Shown here: positions 1 through 9,799 of the stretch, piece after piece
Layout of the letters: each line of letters starts with the position of its first letter
Numbering within the stretch: the first letter of the stretch is position 1
Assembly (NCBI RefSeq): GCF_000189555.1
Contig: NC_017276.1
DNA: 64,000 bases
Strand: one strand, 5' to 3'
From: Saccharolobus islandicus REY15A
Lineage (GTDB): Archaea; Thermoproteota; Thermoprotei_A; Sulfolobales; Sulfolobaceae
Notes under the pieces: model-generated
The model's database searches: none
What the model saw: the letters and a program-made list of their open reading frames with translations, nothing else
What the model was told of the DNA's origin: nothing
Translations under genes and position numbers: made by a program

Positions 1-1332
1 ATTGTATTAGTGAAGAATCCAAACTACTGGGCTAACAATTTATCTAACATACCAGTTGTAGCTCAACCTGGACATATATCAGTTATTGACATAAAATACG
101 GATTAAGCCACAACGCTAGAGTGGAAGATTTTGCAACGAATCAAGCTCAAATTTCATATGTTAGCTTACCATTCCTACAGCAGATGTACTCTGCATATCA
201 GTATAATAAATATGTAAGTTTCAATCAAATATTTTTGAATTTAGGTTATGAGGCAGCAGTATTCTATATCGCAATGAATACACAAATCTTCCCTACTAAC
301 ATTACTGCATTTAGACAAGCAATAGTTCACGCTATAAACTATACTGCAGAGTTAGATATATTCAAATTCCAAAATCAAACACTAGCAATAGAGTATTTAG
401 GTCCAATATCTCCAGTATTCCCACTGTATAATGAAGTTATGCAATTAGATAATTTACATCCCTACACCTATAACTTATCCTTAGCCTTACACTACTTGAA
501 TGAAGCTGGATACGAGGGACACTTCTATGTTGTGTTGCCTAATGGAACTACGATAGGTAATCCCAATGGTAAGCAATTAGGCACATTAACTATATATGCT
601 TTAGCACCTGTGAATGAGTTAGAGCAAGAGCAATTAACAATAGTTCAGGATAGTTTACAAAAGATAGGGATTTCGACATCAATACAATATGTCTTACCTT
701 CCGTAACAGACAACTGGATAACACCAAATGGTACACCAGCGCTAATAGATTTAGGGTGGTTCCCAGATTGGCCAGATCCGATTTTCCAGGAATTAATGGC
801 ACAAACTGATGTATTATATGGCGGAATATCTGGAGATTTAGCTTGGGTTAATATTTCAACATTACAGCAAATATATGAGAATTTACCATTCTTAACAAAC
901 CAGACACAACAAACTTTAGAGGTTGCTAAAGTATATCAAATATTGTATCAAGAAGCGCCATACGCTTGGTTACCAAACCCTGTAGTATATTACTTTGTCC
1001 AGCCTTATGTGAAAGGATTTGTATACAACCCATTTATAGGCTATTACTATAACTTAATGTACTATCAACCATATACTGTAACCATATCAACTTCAACTAG
1101 CATAACCTCTTCTTCAACTACAACTTCTTCACTTACTACTACAACAACTACAACAAGTACTGTAACTACTACAACAACTCAAGTAACTACTACTACTACA
1201 ACAACAACTACCTCATCTTCACCATCCACACTAATTTATGCAACAATAGGAATAGTAGTCGTGATAGTTATAATAGTAGTTGCGATAGTCCTCTTAAGAG
1301 GAAGAGGTAGAGGAGGAGGCCCAGGATTTTAA
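1..1332 (+). CDS. Oligo/dipeptide ABC transporter substrate-binding protein (family 5), 5' truncated by window edge
   Basis: Frame open from base 1; SBP5 motifs (FRQAIVHAINY, GWFPDWPDP); Ser/Thr linker and C-terminal TM anchor; precedes permeases and ATPases. Confidence 0.9.
   Translation: MVLVKNPNYWANNLSNIPVVAQPGHISVIDIKYGLSHNARVEDFATNQAQISYVSLPFLQQMYSAYQYNKYVSFNQIFLNLGYEAAVFYIAMNTQIFPTNITAFRQAIVHAINYTAELDIFKFQNQTLAIEYLGPISPVFPLYNEVMQLDNLHPYTYNLSLALHYLNEAGYEGHFYVVLPNGTTIGNPNGKQLGTLTIYALAPVNELEQEQLTIVQDSLQKIGISTSIQYVLPSVTDNWITPNGTPALIDLGWFPDWPDPIFQELMAQTDVLYGGISGDLAWVNISTLQQIYENLPFLTNQTQQTLEVAKVYQILYQEAPYAWLPNPVVYYFVQPYVKGFVYNPFIGYYYNLMYYQPYTVTISTSTSITSSSTTTSSLTTTTTTTSTVTTTTTQVTTTTTTTTTSSSPSTLIYATIGIVVVIVIIVVAIVLLRGRGRGGGPGF
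1075..1230 (+). repeat. Low-complexity ACW/TCW repeat encoding a Ser/Thr-rich linker
   Basis: TVTISTSTSITSSSTTTSSLTTTTTTTSTVTTTTTQVTTTTTTTTTSSSPST immediately before the TM helix. Confidence 0.9.
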
Positions 1333-1341
1333 AGTCATTCC

Positions 1342-1360
1342 TTTTTTCTTTTTTCCCTTT
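1342..1360 (+). terminator. T-rich archaeal terminator after the SBP gene
   Basis: TTTTTTCTTTTTTCCCTTT about 10 nt after the stop codon. Confidence 0.55.
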
Positions 1361-1422
1361 CCACGTTATTCTGTGAGAATAAATATATTAGTACCTTCAA
1401 ACTTTATTTAAATGGACATGGT

Positions 1423-2454
1423 ATGTCCATAAATACTGTCTTCTTTATTATAAGAAGGATCATTAATGCTTTCATTACCTTACTATTACTAATTATATTA
1501 GTTTTTATTATGATACATATCATAGCACCAAATCCTTTAGCCTTGGCAAGGCTATATACTGGACCACATGCAACTTATACAGAGTTAGAACAAGTAGCGA
1601 AACAATACGGACTAGATCAGCCTCTTTATATCCAAATAATTAACTACATAATTAATGTATTGCATGGAAATTTAGGTATAGATCCAACATATAAGGTACC
1701 AGTAGTAACGCTTATCGGTAAATATTTGCCAAGAACTCTAGAATTGGTAATACCAGCAACAATACTTTCCGTAGTTATTGGCTTATTCACTGGTGCTATA
1801 GCAGCATCAAACAGGAATAAACCACTGGATTATCTAGTCCGTGGCGTTTACTTAGTTACTTGGGCATCTCCGCCATTCTTAATCGCTGTTATATTGCAAT
1901 TAGTGATAGCGTATTATCTCAGATTATTACCTCCTACCGGTACTGTTAATCCCGTTCTTACTCCACCAAAGCCTATAACACCTTTTCCTTTGCTAAACGC
2001 AATGTTAGCAGGAGATTGGCCTTATTTTTCTAGTCTAGTTCACCATATGGTCTTACCAGTTATAGCAATAGCATTAGTCAGTTTTGGAATAGTGACCCGA
2101 ATAGCCAGAGCTTCAATGCTAGACTATATGGAGTCTGATTTCGCTAAACTTAGTCTTATGAAAGGGCTAAGTAGAAGAAAAGTGGTATATGGTGTGGTTC
2201 TAAGAAATGCTTCAATACCATTAGTAACCTTAATTGCGTTGCTTTTCGGATACTCGGTAGCGGGAGCAGTTGTAATTGAGGATATATTCCAATATCATGG
2301 AATGGGGTATTTCATTACTCAGGCTATAGAAAGTCTAGATTACACGTCAATTTTGGGAACAACAGTAATTGTAGGAATTGCTATAATTATAGCAAATCTA
2401 GTTGCAGATATACTTTATGGGGTTCTAGATCCAAGGGTGAGGATAGTTGAGTGA
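1423..2454 (+). CDS. dppB: Peptide ABC transporter permease (DppB/OppB)
   Basis: YGLDQPLYIQ, HMVLPVIAI, RIARASMLD and LYGVLDPRVR motifs. Confidence 0.92.
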   Translation: MSINTVFFIIRRIINAFITLLLLIILVFIMIHIIAPNPLALARLYTGPHATYTELEQVAKQYGLDQPLYIQIINYIINVLHGNLGIDPTYKVPVVTLIGKYLPRTLELVIPATILSVVIGLFTGAIAASNRNKPLDYLVRGVYLVTWASPPFLIAVILQLVIAYYLRLLPPTGTVNPVLTPPKPITPFPLLNAMLAGDWPYFSSLVHHMVLPVIAIALVSFGIVTRIARASMLDYMESDFAKLSLMKGLSRRKVVYGVVLRNASIPLVTLIALLFGYSVAGAVVIEDIFQYHGMGYFITQAIESLDYTSILGTTVIVGIAIIIANLVADILYGVLDPRVRIVE

Positions 2455-3343
2455 AAATTCTGGAATTAGGTTCATGCTAAAGGCTTTAATTAGAGATAAG
2501 GCTGGATTATTGGGCTTAATAATAGTAAGCCTATTTCTACTGTGGTCTTTAATACAAGGAATATTAGAGATATTGTCTAGTTATCTTAGGAAACAGTATT
2601 TAGGTTATATTCTCCTTCCTCATAATCCATTTCAATATAATTTGCAGTTAGCCTTCCATCCTCCTTCGTCCACCTTTCTTTTAGGTACTAATGCAGAAGG
2701 AGAGGATATTTTTTCAAGAATCTTATATGCACTACCCAGAGATGCATTCGTAGCCATAGTAGTAGTGTTTTCAGCAATAATCATAGGAGGAATACTAGGA
2801 ATACTTGCAGGCTATCTAGGTGGTATAATAGATGAAATCTTAATGAGAGTTACAGATGCCTTTCTATCCTTACCGGCATTAATATTAGTTATTGCAATAA
2901 CTGTGCCATTAAAAGCTACGTTCTTAGCTACCATATTAGGCTTGGCAATAGTATGGTGGCCAACCTATGCTAGATTTTATAGAGCCCAAACGTTAAGGAT
3001 AAAGAATATGGATTATATTTCTGCAGCTAAATTAAGTGGAGTCTCTCGAATATCATTGTTCTATAGATATATCTTTCTAAACTCCGTAGATCCAATATTA
3101 GCATATGCCGCGTTAGACTTCGGTAACGTAATATTAACTTACTCAACCTTAGCGTTCTTAGGAATAGGTATAACACCTCCAATCCCGGAGTTAGGAGAAA
3201 TGGCAGCAAACGGTGTTACTGGATTACCCCAATATTGGTGGTGGGCGCTATTTCCAGGGTTAACTATTCTAATTATTGTTATAGGGTTCGTGTTGCTAGG
3301 TGATAGATTGCAGGATGTGGTAGCTGGAAGAATAGCCTATTAG
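2447..3343 (+). CDS. dppC: Peptide ABC transporter permease (DppC/OppC)
   Basis: LLGTNAEGEDIFSRILY, LAFLGIG, WWWALFPG, LGDRLQD motifs. Confidence 0.92.
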   Translation: MSENSGIRFMLKALIRDKAGLLGLIIVSLFLLWSLIQGILEILSSYLRKQYLGYILLPHNPFQYNLQLAFHPPSSTFLLGTNAEGEDIFSRILYALPRDAFVAIVVVFSAIIIGGILGILAGYLGGIIDEILMRVTDAFLSLPALILVIAITVPLKATFLATILGLAIVWWPTYARFYRAQTLRIKNMDYISAAKLSGVSRISLFYRYIFLNSVDPILAYAALDFGNVILTYSTLAFLGIGITPPIPELGEMAANGVTGLPQYWWWALFPGLTILIIVIGFVLLGDRLQDVVAGRIAY

Positions 3344-4318
3344 GTGAGTAAAATGGTATTGCTTCAGATTAGAAACTTAAACGTTTATTATAATACAATA
3401 ATAAGTTGGATTAAAGTATTAAGTGATGTAAATCTTGATGTAGAAAAAGGGGAAATAGTAGGAGTTGTTGGAGAAAGCGGTTCTGGGAAATCCACATTAG
3501 GTCACGCAATCTCCAGAATCCTACCTCCGAATGCGAGAATTCAAGGCGATATCATAATAGATGGAGTTAATTTAGCTAAGTTAAAAGACAATGAATTGCA
3601 GAAATATAGAGGAACATGGGTTTTCATGATATTTCAAAATCCATTAAACAGCTTGAATCCAGTAAAGAAGGTAGGTCATCAGCTATTAGAAGCTGTTAAA
3701 ATAAGGTATCAAAGAGATGGAAAGAAAGTAGAAGAAGAAAGTTTAATGAAAGATGTTATTGAAGTTCTCAAAGATTTAAGACTTCCAGATCCTTATTCCA
3801 TTATTGATCGTTACCCTCATCAACTCTCAGGTGGACAGGTTCAAAGAATAGTTATTTCAATGGCTTTATTACTAAAGCCCAAATTGCTCATAGCTGATGA
3901 ACCAACATCTGCATTGGACGTTACAATACAAGCGCAAGTGGTTAATCTATTTAAACAATTAAATAAAGAAATAAATACAAGCATCATCTTTATAACCCAT
4001 GATATTTCCTTAGCTTACGTAGTTTCGGATAGAATAGTAGTAATGTATGCTGGAAGAATTATGGAGGATGGAAAAGTTGAAGAAGTCTTAAAATCGCCAA
4101 TGCACCCATATACACAAGGGTTAGTGGCAAGTATACCAACTGGAGATAAAAATCAAAAGTTAACTGCAATTCCAGGTAATCCTCCATCGTTTTTTGCATT
4201 ACCTACTGGATGTAAGTTTAGTAATAGATGCAGTAAAGTTTTTGATGTTTGTAGGAAGAAAGAGCCCAGTATTATTGAGAAAAATGGAAGAAAAATAAGG
4301 TGTTGGTTATATGAGTGA
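3344..4318 (+). CDS. dppD: Peptide ABC transporter ATPase (DppD); start may be ATG 3353
   Basis: Walker A GESGSGKS, LSGGQ, LIADEPT, HPYT..L, C-terminal Cys cluster. Confidence 0.93.
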   Translation: MSKMVLLQIRNLNVYYNTIISWIKVLSDVNLDVEKGEIVGVVGESGSGKSTLGHAISRILPPNARIQGDIIIDGVNLAKLKDNELQKYRGTWVFMIFQNPLNSLNPVKKVGHQLLEAVKIRYQRDGKKVEEESLMKDVIEVLKDLRLPDPYSIIDRYPHQLSGGQVQRIVISMALLLKPKLLIADEPTSALDVTIQAQVVNLFKQLNKEINTSIIFITHDISLAYVVSDRIVVMYAGRIMEDGKVEEVLKSPMHPYTQGLVASIPTGDKNQKLTAIPGNPPSFFALPTGCKFSNRCSKVFDVCRKKEPSIIEKNGRKIRCWLYE

Positions 4319-5282
4319 TAATGTACTTTACAAGGCAATCAATATAAGCAAATACTATCTTGCAAAGAAGATGGGAATACTGGAGTCATTAGCTAGAGAA
4401 CCCCCAATATATGTTAGGGCATTAGATAACGTATCCGTGGAGATAAGAAGAGGCGAAGTCTTAGGTATTGTGGGTGAAAGTGGTTCTGGTAAAACCACAT
4501 TAGGTAAAGTACTAGCTACACTAGAAAAACCCACTAGTGGAAACTTATTCTTTATGGGAATGGAGATAAATGATCATAACGTAAATCATGTTAGAAAACA
4601 TATACATATGGTTTTTCAAAATCCTATGACATCCATAAATCCAAGAATGAAAGTCAAGGATATAGTTAAAGAAGCTATGAAGGAGAAAAGGGAAGAAAGA
4701 ATCAAGAAGATGTTAGAGGAAGTTGGGCTAGATTATAATTACGTAAAAGATAAGTATCCTAGAGAGCTATCTGGAGGGCAAACACAGAGAGTCGCAATAG
4801 CTAGAGCGCTTGCAAAAGAGCCGGATTTTTTAATTCTAGATGAACCAACTTCGGCTTTAGATGCCTCAGTACAAGCGCAAATCCTTAATCTACTTGTAGA
4901 CCTACAAAAAGAAAGAAAACTCACATACCTCTTCATTACCCATAATATTGCAGTAGCTAGATACATCTCTGATAGAGTCATAATTATGTATGCTGGAAAA
5001 ATTGTGGAAGAAGGAAATACAAAAGAAGTTATTTCGGAACCAATGCATCCATATACTCAATCACTGCTTAGCTCAGTACCAGAATTGGGAAAGAAGGAGC
5101 TTAAACCACCTAGCGGGGAAGTGCCCAGCTTAATAAACCCACCTAGCGGATGCAGATTTAATCCTAGATGTCCTTTTGCTATGCCAATATGTAAGGAAAA
5201 GGAACCACCATTGGTGGAAATAAATGGAAGAAAAGTCGCTTGTTGGTTGTACGAAACCAACTGGAAGAAGGCTTCTAGTTGA
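4311..5282 (+). CDS. dppF: Peptide ABC transporter ATPase (DppF)
   Basis: GESGSGKT, LSGGQTQR, LDEPTS, PSGCRFNPRCP. Confidence 0.93.
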   Translation: MSDNVLYKAINISKYYLAKKMGILESLAREPPIYVRALDNVSVEIRRGEVLGIVGESGSGKTTLGKVLATLEKPTSGNLFFMGMEINDHNVNHVRKHIHMVFQNPMTSINPRMKVKDIVKEAMKEKREERIKKMLEEVGLDYNYVKDKYPRELSGGQTQRVAIARALAKEPDFLILDEPTSALDASVQAQILNLLVDLQKERKLTYLFITHNIAVARYISDRVIIMYAGKIVEEGNTKEVISEPMHPYTQSLLSSVPELGKKELKPPSGEVPSLINPPSGCRFNPRCPFAMPICKEKEPPLVEINGRKVACWLYETNWKKASS

Positions 5283-5631
5283 GGGAACTATTATACTTGT
5301 GATTTTTTCTTTATTCTTGGAGATAACTAGCATAATTAATTATCTTATTTTCGTTGGAATATGGTACGCTATATTATTTATTATAATTGCGTGGTTTAAG
5401 AGCCATACTTACTGTATCTCGGAAAAAGAGATAATAATAAAATCATTCTTAGGTAAAAAAGTAGTCAAAGCAGAAAATTTTAAAGAAACATTTATATCAC
5501 AGGGACCTATAGCGAAGAAATTAAATTGTGGCTCAATTTACATTATATTAAAAAACGGAAAGGCCACAATCTTATATGATATAAAAAACCCAGAAAAATT
5601 CCTTGAAAGAATTCAGAATTCCCGCCCTTAA
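5224..5631 (+). CDS. Membrane protein with a bacterial PH (bPH_2)-like domain
   Basis: Two TM helices then TYCISEKEIII..., ISQGPIAKKLNCGSIYI pattern. Confidence 0.65.
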   Translation: MEEKSLVGCTKPTGRRLLVEGTIILVIFSLFLEITSIINYLIFVGIWYAILFIIIAWFKSHTYCISEKEIIIKSFLGKKVVKAENFKETFISQGPIAKKLNCGSIYIILKNGKATILYDIKNPEKFLERIQNSRP

Positions 5632-5668
5632 AATCATCACGTTATCAGTGCCTAGCCATGACATCATT
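5613..5668 (-). ncRNA. Box C/D guide sRNA
   Basis: Minus strand: C ATGATGT, guide CATGGCTAGGCA, D' CTGA, C' GTGATGA, guide TTTTAAGGGCGGGAATT, D CTGA; about 56 nt. Confidence 0.75.
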
Positions 5669-6138
5669 TAAGATAATTTAGATATAACGTCTTTTATCTC
5701 ATCGTAGTTTGGTTCCTTTGTTGGATCTTCGGAAACCCACTTATACCTTATTATACCGTTTTTGTCAATTACGAATACTGATCTCTTAGCGAGTACATAT
5801 CCCTTTAGGATCGGCAATTCACCAGCTACACCATAGGCTTTTACAGCTTCCCTATTAAAATCACTAACAATAGTGAAATTTAACTTATTCTGCTCCTTAA
5901 ACGCCTTATTACTAAATGGCGGATCTACACTAACTCCTATAACTACTGCATTAACTTCGTTAAATTTAGCCATAGAGTCCCTAAAAGTACACATTTCTTT
6001 CGTACAAACTGAAGTAAACGCTGCTGGGTAAAATGCTAGGACTACTACTTTACCTTTGAAATCAGATGGTATTTTAACTTTTTTCAAATCTGTATCTACT
6101 AATTCTAATTCCGGAGCTTTCTGTCCTATTTCTACCAT
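5668..6138 (-). CDS. bcp: Peroxiredoxin, BCP/PrxQ type
   Basis: FYPAAFTSVCTKEMC peroxidatic/resolving CxxxxC motif. Confidence 0.93.
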   Translation of the reverse strand: MVEIGQKAPELELVDTDLKKVKIPSDFKGKVVVLAFYPAAFTSVCTKEMCTFRDSMAKFNEVNAVVIGVSVDPPFSNKAFKEQNKLNFTIVSDFNREAVKAYGVAGELPILKGYVLAKRSVFVIDKNGIIRYKWVSEDPTKEPNYDEIKDVISKLS

Positions 6139-6195
6139 ATAAAAGATTTAGCAATTAGAGATAAAAAGCTCAACACTAAAAGACTTTTAAAAAGT

Positions 6196-7089
6196 TTAAG
6201 TAGATATTCCAGGAACTGGTATAGAAAGATCAATCTCCCTAGAATCCCTTAGCATTTTTACATTAACTTCTGAACCAACCATCTCTTCCAGTATTGCTAG
6301 TAAATCTATAGGAGATTTAACTTCTTGGTTATTGACTTTTAATATAATGTCACCTCGTCTTATGCCATATTTATAGGCACTTCCATTTGGATCTATGTTC
6401 ATTACAAGTAAACCACTTTGTTTCCTTACTCCCAGATACGTCGCTAATGCTTTGTTTAACTTTATTACTCCAACTCCTATATAAGGTCTTATATATCTGC
6501 CAAACTTCATGACGTTTTTTACGAAGCTATCAATAAGTTTAGACGGTATTGCAAAACCTATATTCTGAGCTTCTCTTATCATGGCAGTAACAGTACCCAC
6601 GACCTCACCTTTGGTATTTATAAGAGGCCCTCCACTATTGCCAGGGTTAACGGCGGCATCTGTTTGAATCACATATATAGGAAGACCATTAGGTGTCATT
6701 ATAGCCCTTTCTTCACTGCTGATTATTCCCATGCTCACACTGTATAAACCCAAAGGATTTCCCACTGCTAATACTACCTCTCCAGTTTTGTATTCCTTAG
6801 CAAATTTCAAACTAGGCAAGTTTAGTGTAGTGCTCAACATTGCTAAATCATGATAGGGATTTATGGCAACTACTTGCGCTTCCTCTCTGAATCCATCTTC
6901 AGATATTACTACTATCTCTTCAGAATTTGATATAACGTGATAAGATGTTATTAGAACATTTTTCCCTATAGAGTAGCCGGATCCTATACCTTCAGCAACT
7001 TGAGGCATAAAAAACTGGTCTAGAGCAATCTGCTTCGTTATTATGGTGACCACTGATGGAGTTACTTTTTCTACTAAATCCTCATACAT
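6196..7089 (-). CDS. htrA: HtrA/DegP-like serine protease with one PDZ domain
   Basis: Triad TSYHV / HDLA / GNSGGPL; GIRRGDIILKVN PDZ; ATG 7089 has TATAAATA at about -24 to -30. Confidence 0.9.
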   Translation of the reverse strand: MYEDLVEKVTPSVVTIITKQIALDQFFMPQVAEGIGSGYSIGKNVLITSYHVISNSEEIVVISEDGFREEAQVVAINPYHDLAMLSTTLNLPSLKFAKEYKTGEVVLAVGNPLGLYSVSMGIISSEERAIMTPNGLPIYVIQTDAAVNPGNSGGPLINTKGEVVGTVTAMIREAQNIGFAIPSKLIDSFVKNVMKFGRYIRPYIGVGVIKLNKALATYLGVRKQSGLLVMNIDPNGSAYKYGIRRGDIILKVNNQEVKSPIDLLAILEEMVGSEVNVKMLRDSREIDLSIPVPGIST

Positions 7090-7284
7090 CGTATATGTTA
7101 AGCTTGGCAAGCTATTTATATTCTTTCACCTTACGAGAAAATAGAAAAAGATACTTAAAAATATATAAATTGTTGAAAAACTCACAGTAGTCTTCATTAC
7201 ATTCTTCTAAAGTCTGAAATACCACCAAGTGGAACGAAAATAAACTCAAAAATCCTTTTAAGGTATCTGATCGACATTGAACCT

Positions 7285-7785
7285 ATGAATAAGGGGATAA
7301 TAGGTATCGTAATAGTGTTATTAGTATTAGTTAGTGGAATATACTACGGTTACTATTACTTTACTACTGGAGTTGTAAATGTATACGTCCAAGATCCTCC
7401 AACCACTCAAGGATATAAAATATACTTAACCATCTCTTCCATTATGCTACATAAAGTTAATGCTAGTAATGACTCTTGGATAACAATTTCCAATAAGACA
7501 ATTACTATACTATTAACTTCTAATATGACATTTCTAGCCTCTTCTAGAATACCTTCTGGGGAATACAATGAGATATTTCTAGAGATATCTGCGGCTCAAG
7601 TTCAACTTGGAAATATCAATATCTCAGCGAAAATACCTAGCGGAGTATTTAAAATACATATTATAAACGGTATGGATCTAAAAGGAGGTTCTTCACAATC
7701 GCTACTGATAAGCTTTCCTCATATAACCTATACCAATGGACAAATAATAATAAGTCCTTCAATTACTGCTGAAGTTATTAGCTAA
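7285..7785 (+). CDS. Membrane-anchored DUF4382-like protein
   Basis: N-terminal TM, VYVQDPP, beta-rich body. Confidence 0.6.
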   Translation: MNKGIIGIVIVLLVLVSGIYYGYYYFTTGVVNVYVQDPPTTQGYKIYLTISSIMLHKVNASNDSWITISNKTITILLTSNMTFLASSRIPSGEYNEIFLEISAAQVQLGNINISAKIPSGVFKIHIINGMDLKGGSSQSLLISFPHITYTNGQIIISPSITAEVIS

Positions 7786-7840
7786 ATTACAATATCATAT
7801 GTAGATAGGTTAATATGCTTTAGATACGCAAATATACTTA

Positions 7841-8497
7841 ATGATGGATCTAGACTCAAAAGGTAAAGGAACACCTTTTATCTTTTACGCTGCTTACTAT
7901 CCTCCACTTTATTCTAAACTTAAAGCCAAAACTTTAAGGGAACTAGTTGAGGGTATCAAGAAAGCTGACAAGTATATGTTATTTTACCACGTTTTCCACC
8001 CAATTTTTAGTTCTCATCTTATACCAGAAGAGTATTCTAACGATTTCGCACACTGGATAGCTGAGAGTTTAGGAGATAAAGAATTAGCCGAATTGGTTTC
8101 TGACATACCTGGTGCTGAGCCTAGAACTATAGAAGATATTAGAAATGATTTGATAGAAATCCTGAAACCAAGAGTAGATGAGAGAAGGGGAATAGAGAAC
8201 TTTGTGTTTGTTTCATGTATGCCAATAGTATACAAGACAAATTACATTGCAAATACTCTTGCAGAGTTCTTAGATTTAATACAGACAATATCCGGTAGAG
8301 CATTGGTTTGGCATTTTGTAAGCAAAAGAGTACTTGGAATTTCAAAGAGAAATGATTTTTCAGAATGGCTAGATTCTAATTTTGGACTCTCAGAACTAGC
8401 TGAGACATTAAGCAAGATTGACCCACAAACCTATATTGATGAGGAAGTGCTTAGGAGAGACATAATTAGAGTATTAGAAAGGTGGTTGTTAAGATGA
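7841..8497 (+). CDS. DUF5752-like tandem two-domain protein, coupled to treT
   Basis: Internal repeat (A.TL.E...I....L..H...NDF..W...LG..ELAE); overlaps treT start. Confidence 0.7.
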   Translation: MMDLDSKGKGTPFIFYAAYYPPLYSKLKAKTLRELVEGIKKADKYMLFYHVFHPIFSSHLIPEEYSNDFAHWIAESLGDKELAELVSDIPGAEPRTIEDIRNDLIEILKPRVDERRGIENFVFVSCMPIVYKTNYIANTLAEFLDLIQTISGRALVWHFVSKRVLGISKRNDFSEWLDSNFGLSELAETLSKIDPQTYIDEEVLRRDIIRVLERWLLR

Positions 8498-9699
8498 TAG
8501 AGAAATACGTAGAATTTATAGGAGAGCATGAGCTCGATGCTATCTTTAAGATAGCTGAAAAGATCAAGGACCTATCAATACTTCACGTAAACTCCACTAA
8601 GGCAGGAGGAGGAGTAGCTGAGATATTAAATAGAATGTTGCCTTTAATGAAAGAATTAGGTCTCAATGTTGATTGGAAAGTAATAAAAGGGGATAGTGAA
8701 TTCTTTAATGTAACCAAATCCTTTCATAATTCGCTACAAAATGGAACTGGGAACATACCAGAGGAATACTTTAAAATTTACGATAAATGGCAAGAGATAA
8801 ACCTATCTGAAATTCCATTAGATTACGATATAATTTTTATACACGACCCTCAGCCTGCGGGGCTTATAAAATTCAAAAAAGGTAATAATAAGTGGATTTG
8901 GAGATGTCACATTGATATTTCAAATCCTTATCCATCAGTATGGAACTTCTTACAGAAGTATATTTCACAATATGATAGCATGATAATCTCAGTTCCCTCG
9001 TTTGGGAAAGATAATATCGGGATTCCGCAATTCATAGTTCCCCCATCAATAGACCCATTAAGTGTAAAGAATAGGGATATCGCTGAGACTACTGTATTCA
9101 GAATATTATATAAGTTTGGTATTAATCTTGAAAAACCATTAATAACCCAAGTATCGAGATTTGACTACGCTAAAGATCCTTTAGGCGTTATACAAGCTTA
9201 TAAGTTAGCCAAAAGGCATGTAGACATACAATTACTATACGTAGGAAGTCCAGCTACCGATGATCCAGAAGGTGAAAAGGTTTACAATGAAGTAGTTAAG
9301 GCTTCCGAGGACCATAAAGATATACATCTCCTAATGTTACCACCATACAGTGATTTAGAAATAAATGCATTTCAAACAGCATCTACGGTAGTTATGCAGA
9401 AGTCTATAAAAGAAGGTTTTGGTCTAACTGTAAGTGAGGCGATGTGGAAAAGAAAACCGGTAATAGGAGGAAATACTGGTGGAATTCCTTTACAAGTAAT
9501 AAATGGAATTACTGGTTTCCTAGTCAATAGCCCACAAGGAGCAGCACACTACATAATATACTTAATTAGAAATGAGGAGATAAGGAAGAGACTCGGTATT
9601 AACGCTAGGGAACACGTAAGGAGGAATTTCCTCATAACTAGAGAATTGAGGGACTATCTAATGACAATGGTCTATGTAGCTAACAGACACAACTCTTAA
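8482..9699 (+). CDS. treT: Trehalose glycosyltransferring synthase (GT-B)
   Basis: HVNSTKAGGGVAEIL, IHDPQP, RFDYAKDP, EGFGLTVSEAM. Confidence 0.9.
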   Translation: MVVKMIEKYVEFIGEHELDAIFKIAEKIKDLSILHVNSTKAGGGVAEILNRMLPLMKELGLNVDWKVIKGDSEFFNVTKSFHNSLQNGTGNIPEEYFKIYDKWQEINLSEIPLDYDIIFIHDPQPAGLIKFKKGNNKWIWRCHIDISNPYPSVWNFLQKYISQYDSMIISVPSFGKDNIGIPQFIVPPSIDPLSVKNRDIAETTVFRILYKFGINLEKPLITQVSRFDYAKDPLGVIQAYKLAKRHVDIQLLYVGSPATDDPEGEKVYNEVVKASEDHKDIHLLMLPPYSDLEINAFQTASTVVMQKSIKEGFGLTVSEAMWKRKPVIGGNTGGIPLQVINGITGFLVNSPQGAAHYIIYLIRNEEIRKRLGINAREHVRRNFLITRELRDYLMTMVYVANRHNS

Positions 9700-9799
9700 C
9701 TTTCTTCTCACTCTAATGAGTGAAATTTGTTTTCTCTATATAATGATATTATATGAAGGAGTTTAGAAACCTTATAAACCTCTATTCTTATTTTATATA

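Noticed and set aside
6195-6210. TTTAA+GTAGA as a possible off-target of the IS605 guide
   Set aside because: Only 5 nt of guide match, which is expected by chance
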